Shown in pieces: positions 57,265-64,000 of a stretch of DNA of 64,000 bases. Position 1 is the stretch's first letter. The number at the start of each line of letters is the position of its first letter. The notes under the pieces were generated by a model that was given only the letters and a program-made list of their open reading frames with translations, ran no database searches and was not told the DNA's origin. The stretch is taken from contig AP039690.1 of the NCBI GenBank assembly GCA_051599415.1, positions 496,001 to 560,000 on the forward strand. The letters are read 5' to 3'. The DNA is from Savitreella phatthalungensis. Taxonomy: Eukaryota. The translations under genes were made by a program, and so were the position numbers.

Positions 57265-58524
57265 ATGGTTGAGCTGGACAAAGAAGCGTCGGAGGACGAG
57301 CAAAGGCTCGAACCGACTCCTGTTGTCCTGATCGAGGGCTTCGGTACCGGCGCGCGCGGTGAAGCGACTTTTCAAGGAATTGATGACTTATTGAACCAGG
57401 GCAAACCCACAGCTGCGCCAGCGCGGCGCATGCTCGTGGTCAAGTGTGGCTCTTTCTCGTCTCTCTGGGATCGAGCCATGGAGATCTACTATGCGCTGAA
57501 AGGTGGGCGCGTCGATTATGGAGAAGCACATTCGCGCAAGTACCAACACGGTCGATATGGTCGCAACCATGAACATGGGCTGTACGAGAACTGGTCAGAG
57601 GATTACCCACTACACTTCATCGCACACAGCTTTGGTGGGCCGACAGTGTTTCACTTGCAGCAGATGCTCGGCACAATCTTACCGGGTCATTCGTCCATGA
57701 TGAAAAGCATCAGCTGCATTTCAAGCCCGTTGCGCGGCACGCCGATGAGTACGATCACGGGACAGATGGAAGGTGGCGGCCAACAACGCTTCAGCATTGG
57801 CTGGGTTCTTTCAGGCGCCATCCATCTAGCACACTCGACCAACTTGATTGGGAAGGGTTTGTACGATATTGGAGCTGATCAGTGGCTTGGCGATGAGACT
57901 GGGCCGCATTCCGCACTCCGGCAAGTGGCCAACTACCTTGACGGCAAGGCCCTTGCATTCTCACCTGACAGCGGTACACAAAACATGCTGATCGAGGCTA
58001 TGGAAGCCGCAAACGCAGACACTGCTCTGTGCGAGAGCACATATTATCGCACGTATGCGACCAGTGCGGAGATCCCGCGGCTTTTGCCGCCCCTGGCGTG
58101 GCTGGCTAACAAGCTTGCCACATTCGATGGATATCCCGATGATGATCCAGCATGGCGGGAGAACGATTGGATCGTGCCTCTAAAATCTCAATATCATCCG
58201 AAGAACTGCCAAGATACGGTCTGCTTGCATTTGCCCCCGGATGTCGAAGAACCGCCAGCGATTCCCGGCGTTTGGCATGTGGTTCGCTATCATCAAGTTT
58301 CCCACTTCGGGCTGTTTGATTATCTGTGGAAGTTGCGAACTATGTCGCCAGACGCGCTCTTCTTCTGGACGTCACACGGCGACTGGCTCCGCGAGATCGA
58401 CACCATCAGTACCATGACTATGCAGGAGCCGGTTAAAGCTGATGCTGAGCGCGTTGTCATTTCCGGCGGTCGCGAATCCTCACCTTCATTGTCATCTGCG
58501 GCGAGCAGCGAGGAGGCTGACTGA
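57265..58524 (+). CDS. Alpha/beta-hydrolase lipase resembling bacterial family I.5/I.6 lipases
   Basis: SSLWDRAMEIYYALKGGRVDYGEAH..Y.H.RYGR, nucleophile AHSFG (57622-57636), WRENDWIVP, late His (VSHFG). Confidence 0.85.
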   Translation: MVELDKEASEDEQRLEPTPVVLIEGFGTGARGEATFQGIDDLLNQGKPTAAPARRMLVVKCGSFSSLWDRAMEIYYALKGGRVDYGEAHSRKYQHGRYGRNHEHGLYENWSEDYPLHFIAHSFGGPTVFHLQQMLGTILPGHSSMMKSISCISSPLRGTPMSTITGQMEGGGQQRFSIGWVLSGAIHLAHSTNLIGKGLYDIGADQWLGDETGPHSALRQVANYLDGKALAFSPDSGTQNMLIEAMEAANADTALCESTYYRTYATSAEIPRLLPPLAWLANKLATFDGYPDDDPAWRENDWIVPLKSQYHPKNCQDTVCLHLPPDVEEPPAIPGVWHVVRYHQVSHFGLFDYLWKLRTMSPDALFFWTSHGDWLREIDTISTMTMQEPVKADAERVVISGGRESSPSLSSAASSEEAD

Positions 58525-59687
58525 GGAATGGTCACATACGTTGACTTTGTGTAGAACGGGCATTGACAGAAGCGCGAGAAATGCAAAATCCATGCAACGT
58601 GTACTTGAATACTATGGAAGCTAATTCGAAGAGATTCTCCAAAATCGTCATGAACGTGGTCGACTCCAACGGTCGAAGCATGGTCGATTGTCTCAGTGCC
58701 CGTCCTCTCTCAATCGAGAGGCAGGCTTCTTGAACTGTTCATAAGCAAGGCTGCATATTTGCAGCTCAGAGAGCTGGGTTAGAACATGTTTCCTCATGTT
58801 ATCGACCTCCAGCTTACTGAAGCGCGACGCGGGGGGTCAGAACGTTTGTGAATCTCTTGGAATAAACTTTCGTCGTCAGACACGCAGATCTCAGCAATGA
58901 AATGTCATCTGCAGTCGAGACCACACGCGCTCCGAAGAATCGCACGTAGCTCCTAGGAATTGCAGAATTCATAGGTCTCTCGACCACTGAAAACCTTCAT
59001 CGATCCGTGTCAGTAAATAAGCACTGGTATAGTGAATAGCATCAACGCTTCCTGGACGCCCAATTGAGCACTCGCGAGGCTAGTGACAGCGTTCATTAAC
59101 CCTGTGAGTCCTTCAAATATCGGGCGACCATACTTGGACAAAAGGTTCTAGCATGTCCAGCGGATGATCGAGCTTCGAGTCCTGATTGCTCAACAGACCC
59201 AACTGATGGTGCTCTAACACCTGGCACGAGAAGAGACAAGTGGACATCGGATGTCTGCAGCAGAAAGGCACCGACCAATCCGACTCGTGAGTATGTGGCA
59301 CGATCTTGAACTTCACCCTTGACCATAACCTGAACTCGCTTGAACTCCGAGCGCATTGACAAGTGCAAAAATATACAGTCAAACGCCACAAAAAAGTCGT
59401 GATCAGAGATCTCGTGGCGCAGAAGCTCTGCTGTGCCGGGCCCAGCCCCCGGGCCAGCCAATGTGCCCGACTCCTGTGCATGTTCGGGTGCACTGGTAGA
59501 ATGTCAGCCTCGAGTGAGGCGGGACATCGAATCTGACGAGCGAGGCTACCCGAGAAACAGTACCTGCGTGCTGGTGCAGCGGTACGTGCTTTCCGCGAAC
59601 ACTTTCTTTCGACCTTCACGCTCGCACGAGCGGCTCACAAAAGACCCAGCAAGCGCTTCACCGAGCTGATCCTCACATCGGTCAGGC

Positions 59688-60037
59688 ATGTCGGCTCGCA
59701 ACCTCAACAAATTCGGCAAGCAGGTCAACCTGGCTGGCTTCACGCCGGAGAACGTCTTCAAGGCCGTGCCGTCTCTGGCCCTATGGGGAGGCAGCGCTGT
59801 CGCAGGAGGTAAGGCTGCAAGGATAGCTTCATTCTGCTGTCCGTACACTGACTCATTTAGTTCTGCTCTACACACAGGGTGTCAAGAAAGTCCGCAATGA
59901 TGTGCTCGAATCAATTCCTTTCATCAGCGATTACTTCAAGTCTACGCATGAAGTACCAGCATCCGTAAGCTTTCCTCAGATCGATGTTGCCTCACCCGGT
60001 CGAATCAATATTGACTTCTCAGGACAACCCCTTCTGA
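59688..60037 (+). CDS. QCR10: Cytochrome bc1 complex subunit Qcr10, 3 exons
   Basis: Exons 59688-59808, 59861-59964 and 60023-60037 give ...PSLALWGGSAVAGVLLYTQGVKKVRNDVLESIPFISDYF...PASDNPF*. Confidence 0.88.
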
Positions 60038-60100
60038 ATTGTCGCACAATAGATCCCGTTTGGAGAACTCATCAAATCATTCATTATTTCTCATTCTCAT

Positions 60101-62167
60101 CTACAGGCGCAAGTCAATGAGGTCACGCATGGTGGAGCTCATGGATTCGACTTCGTCTGATTTGGAGCGGTCAACAGACGTGTATGTCTGGTCGAAGATC
60201 TCGACATCTGTGTTTCCGAGTCCATGGAGTGAGCCATGATGAGACACCTCTGCCACTGGTCTGTCAGTGGCACTCATAAACGGATTCTTGTTACTGAAAT
60301 TTGTCGATGGTTGCGCAGAAGAGCGTTCCGTGGGCGATTGTGGCCCCGGAGCACGGCGCAGTGCGCGACTAGCAGATATTGCTCTCGATCTGCCGCCTCG
60401 CAACAATGAAGCGGGATCCTTGTGGTAAAGCGAGGCTAGCGTGCCAATTTCTAGCGCGAGTGCCTGTAATTTCACTTCATCGACCTTGTCGATTTCTGGT
60501 TGTGGCGGACGTGTGTTTGGCCGGATTACCGCAGCCTTGCTGGCAGCGAGATCGGTACTTAAAAGTCGCCAATACATAAATCCCCGATCACGCACATCGG
60601 GATCATGCGCTTCCTGAGTTGCTTTCTTCAATGTTTCGAGGACCAAAAATTGGCCCGCCTGCGGCTGCTGCAGGAAGAGCTTCACAGCCGCTGTCAAGAG
60701 GGACAGCTGAACTTCAGACGTCTCATCGCTGAATGTCGAGCACATGCGTTGCAGCAACGGAGCAGCTTCATTGACGTGCATGGAATAATCGCCGAGAAGC
60801 CATGCAAGAGCAGCGCGAGAAGCAGGTTGTTGAATATCATCGGCCCGACCGATGACCGTTCGAAGCGCACCCAAGCTTGTAGACAACTCGTCGGAAGCCG
60901 TCGTGCTGCGCAAGATGTCACGCACGACCAGGATTGCTTCTTCTGTCACGTAGGAAACCCCTGTGTCCATGAGCTGTTCGATTGTTGCAGTGCATGCTGT
61001 CGCAGATCCTTTTATCCGCAACGCAAGTCGACCGATGGACCTGATCACCTTACGGACCAGATCGACATCTACCTCGCCAGCATACTCGACCAGTTCGTGC
61101 AGGACCATATCAACAGTCTTGACGTTAGCGAGCCGCACCATGATCTCGACTTTGGCCAGCTTAACAAAGGGAGGGTCAGAAAATTTGCAGAAGAAAGCCT
61201 CAACCGCATCGCTAAGGCACTCAGGAGAGACCTGAATGATCAATTCGATATTGCGCAGAGCGACGAACTGAAGTTCTGGAGACTTCGAGAGCAGCGTCAC
61301 AAGAGGCGGGCCCATTTTAGCGTATATCTGGAGCACATCACGCTCGCTCGCGAGATAATGACCAAGGTAATACAGGAGACGCACGGCCGCCAGGACGACT
61401 GAGGAGTTGCTGTGCTGAAGTCTCGGCAGCACATGCTCGACGAGGTCTGCCGCCTCTTGATGTGTCTCTGGTGTGATTTGCATGATAGCGTCTAGCACAC
61501 CGGCTTGTGACATCTCCGGACATTGACCGAGGCGCGAGACAAAGCGCAGAGCATCTGCAAAAACAAGCGGACAGCTAGACGATGTAGATCGTGAGGAGAT
61601 GTCACGCCAGGCATTGAGAGCGCTGCACGACACCAGCATGTTGTCCGACTTGAGGAGGCCGCTCAACCTTTCAAGAAGTACCTGATCTACATCGACAGCC
61701 GATGCATTGTGAGCGTGTAGCTTTGCCACAGCCATGGCAGCTGCAGCCCGAACGTTAGCCGCGTCGTCGTCAAGCAAGGCTTCGATAACCTTTCTTAAGG
61801 CATTCGAAAACTCGACAATGTGCACATCAGCCAGGGCTCGCAATGCGAGGAGTTTGTGGAACGAATCGCCAGTTTCAGCGTCATTCCGAATTGTTGGAAG
61901 GGCCTTCTTGGCGTCTCCCGGGCTGAACCTAGCATAGTGGACGATGTAGTGATAGCACAGCTTCTTGCCCTCATAATCACTGACCGGAAAGACGCGTAAA
62001 ATATCTGGGAAAAGTGCCGTCATGTCGACACCCGCGGCCATCGATGCAATAAGTGTACGAAGCGCTAGTCGTCGTCGCCCCGCTGCTTTGTCTTTCTTCT
62101 CATCGCCGGCAGACAAATCAGCCCGCAGTTCGAGCAACTTATCTTTGCTGAGATGCGCTTTAGACAT
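60101..62167 (-). CDS. Clathrin adaptor beta subunit (AP-2 beta/Apl1-like)
   Basis: Adaptin-N repeats: DMTALFPDI, PRLQHSNSSVVL, FCKFSDPPFVKLAK, EYAGEVDVDLVRK, DPDVRDRGFMYWRLL; the start codon is uncertain. Confidence 0.9.
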   Translation of the reverse strand: MSKAHLSKDKLLELRADLSAGDEKKDKAAGRRRLALRTLIASMAAGVDMTALFPDILRVFPVSDYEGKKLCYHYIVHYARFSPGDAKKALPTIRNDAETGDSFHKLLALRALADVHIVEFSNALRKVIEALLDDDAANVRAAAAMAVAKLHAHNASAVDVDQVLLERLSGLLKSDNMLVSCSALNAWRDISSRSTSSSCPLVFADALRFVSRLGQCPEMSQAGVLDAIMQITPETHQEAADLVEHVLPRLQHSNSSVVLAAVRLLYYLGHYLASERDVLQIYAKMGPPLVTLLSKSPELQFVALRNIELIIQVSPECLSDAVEAFFCKFSDPPFVKLAKVEIMVRLANVKTVDMVLHELVEYAGEVDVDLVRKVIRSIGRLALRIKGSATACTATIEQLMDTGVSYVTEEAILVVRDILRSTTASDELSTSLGALRTVIGRADDIQQPASRAALAWLLGDYSMHVNEAAPLLQRMCSTFSDETSEVQLSLLTAAVKLFLQQPQAGQFLVLETLKKATQEAHDPDVRDRGFMYWRLLSTDLAASKAAVIRPNTRPPQPEIDKVDEVKLQALALEIGTLASLYHKDPASLLRGGRSRAISASRALRRAPGPQSPTERSSAQPSTNFSNKNPFMSATDRPVAEVSHHGSLHGLGNTDVEIFDQTYTSVDRSKSDEVESMSSTMRDLIDLRL

Positions 62168-62595
62168 CTTGAACGAATAGGACGAATCGTCTCTGATCAA
62201 CTGCGCTTGGGCATCCCTATGTCTGTCTCATTCGATCCTCTTTGACGGCCCCAGTCTTACGAGACCTCGTCATATCCCGGCGCTCAATTTGTAGAGGCAA
62301 TCGAACATGCGCAGTGTGCAGCGTCACGCATCAAGTGGAGAACATGAGTTGGGAGCGCGTATAATTAATGTTTTAAATTTGTGATTGGCGCACAGGAACA
62401 TGATTTCAAGAAACCGGCGCGCATGGCACAACACGAGACAAGAGACAAACGAGATCTGTACGGCGCCAACTATCCTTCCGAAAAGAGAAGAACCAGATCT
62501 TGGGTATGAGCGAAATGTCTTTGGAGGTGCAATATGCTAATCGGTCACTGCCTTTCTGCAGTTTGGCACGAGCGTTAAAAAGTGAGTGAAGTCAT

Positions 62596-63006
62596 TTACA
62601 GGCGGTTGCGTCGACCGACAGGTGTGGTGGCAACGACCGGAGCGACGACAGAGACGTTGATGTTGTCGAATCCGAGCGAGCGAAGAAGATCCTTCGTCTG
62701 TGGGTCAACCTCGAGCGGGTTCACCGATGGGTCGAGAGCGGAGACTTCGGGGACGTACTGGTCCTTGCGTTCACGCTCCTCCTCCTGCAGCTTGAAGGAG
62801 ATGCCCCGGACGGGACCACGCTGGATGCGCTTCATCAAGTGAGTCGTGTATCCGGCGATCTTGTTGCGCAGACGCTTTGAGGAGATGATGGCGATCTCAT
62901 CGCAGATCTTCTTGTTGGTGTGGAAGTCGAGAGTCAGACGAGGGTAGAACTTCTCGATGATGACGCGAGATGCGCGCTTTGTTGTCTTCGTACGAACCTT
63001 ACCCAT
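62596..63006 (-). CDS. RPS17: 40S ribosomal protein S17
   Basis: [21 protein letters not shown]...[45 protein letters not shown]. Confidence 0.98.
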   Translation of the reverse strand: MGKVRTKTTKRASRVIIEKFYPRLTLDFHTNKKICDEIAIISSKRLRNKIAGYTTHLMKRIQRGPVRGISFKLQEEERERKDQYVPEVSALDPSVNPLEVDPQTKDLLRSLGFDNINVSVVAPVVATTPVGRRNRL

Positions 63007-63344
63007 AGCTGATGACGAGTTTGTTGCTTCCACGGGTTTTCGACAAGCACTTTGTATCCGCTTCGTCCCATGTCAAACGACAAGCTCCTGGAAGCATCGT
63101 CACTGGTCGTAGGTAAGAGACACAGACGCACTATCTCTCTCTCCGTGTTTCCACAAAAATCAATCAGTTCCCAGGCGTAATGTATCTACATATTTTCAAA
63201 GGTTGTTTGAATGCACGAAAAGTGGAGATACTCGTCGCTACGAAAAATTAAACCAGAGCGCGCTGATGCACGGGAGCGGTACGGCCTTTATGTTACCAGC
63301 AGCCGCTGGTAAACGACATACATTTTAGCCAACGATAGCCTTCG

Positions 63345-64000
63345 TCATCCGTTAAGATGGAAGTGATTGGCAATGTACTCGTAAATCTTGGATGTCTTGA
63401 TTGGATCGATTTGCAGCAGCTGTTTTGCCTTGTTTTTCGTGAGCGCTCCGCTCGTACGCCATAGCTCTCGTACTATAGTCTCCTTAACCACGAGATATGC
63501 CTTCGGTAACAACCGGAGATTTGAGCAAAGAGATTGTTCTTCTCTGGACAGAAGCTGAACGTCGACGCTATTCGTGATGGTGCCCGGCACGGGCTTTCGC
63601 AGATCTCCGCCACGACTCGCAGGCACGCTGCTGCCGCTGCTGCTGCTGCCCGAGAGACCAACGGCAGCACTGGTAACGGCGGCAGTTGTGGATCTGCTGC
63701 CTGCGAGTACGGGCGTATTGGTACCGGTTGATCGCGCGAAGAGTCGATGTTGTTTATCCTTTTCGTATTTCTGGCCAGATTCGAGGTGGGTCAGTCCCAT
63801 ACGTCGCCACTCTTGTAATTCGGCGATTCGCCGTCTTGTGTGAAATTCGTCGATCAGCCCTTCACTAAAGAGCTCATACTCTGTGCGCCCTTGCAGGCGT
63901 GCAAAAGGCTTAGAGCGTGCTAGCAACTCGCGTACCTCTTTTGCACGTTTCTTGTCAATGACTTGATTTCGCTTGTAGTCCAGCAGTTGGTGTTCAAATA
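63345..64000 (-). CDS. ADA2: SAGA subunit Ada2, C-terminal part (gene begins beyond the window end)
   Basis: Frame open to the window edge: LLDYKRNQ..DKKR...KPFARL...RIAELQEWRRMGL; SWIRM domain LLSREEQSLCSNLRLLPKAYL...IDPIKTSKIYEY. Confidence 0.9.
   Translation of the reverse strand, partial: FEHQLLDYKRNQVIDKKRAKEVRELLARSKPFARLQGRTEYELFSEGLIDEFHTRRRIAELQEWRRMGLTHLESGQKYEKDKQHRLFARSTGTNTPVLAGSRSTTAAVTSAAVGLSGSSSSGSSVPASRGGDLRKPVPGTITNSVDVQLLSREEQSLCSNLRLLPKAYLVVKETIVRELWRTSGALTKNKAKQLLQIDPIKTSKIYEYIANHFHLNG

Noticed and set aside
59096..59690. Minus-strand ORFs and an intron-like segment upstream of qcr10
   Set aside because: Splicing does not yield a coherent long frame; no recognisable product

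Overview
Gene-dense, GC-rich, intron-poor fungal chromosomal DNA. It is an ascomycete, plausibly a non-Schizosaccharomyces Taphrinomycotina-type lineage; this is inference from Gad8/Sck1/Scd2/Cdc4-type proteins occurring together with complex I, CreA, CTF1 and Msb2. About 28 protein-coding genes can be supported, mostly housekeeping: a PAS-PAS protein, Scd2/Bem1, a small secreted protein, RBM25/Snu71, Gad8/Ypk1, a Cdc25-like rhodanese, Sck1/Sch9, the complex I 24-kDa subunit, Ole1, Sym1/Mpv17, EMC4, Afg1, Msb2-type mucin, Atg16, Pgi1, Hrq1, Tim21, Glo3, an M28 aminopeptidase, CTF1/FarA, myosin light chain, Rsc7, CreA, a lipase, Qcr10, AP-2 beta, Rps17 and the 3' end of Ada2. Four genes (scd2, emc4, cdc4, qcr10) were reconstructed by hand from splice signals. 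No RNA gene, transposon or CRISPR array could be supported. The most interesting observations are (1) a UGA-CUG stop on glucose-6-phosphate isomerase whose readthrough would end in a PTS1-like -PKI, a candidate cryptic peroxisomal isoform; (2) a Staphylococcus/Geobacillus-type Zn-site lipase next to creA; (3) a convergent coding overlap between sym1 and emc4; (4) the TORC2 and TORC1 effector kinases lying nearly adjacent; and (5) an output-less PAS protein with duplicated SUMO-interaction-like motifs. All calls come from reading the sequence; no database search was run.
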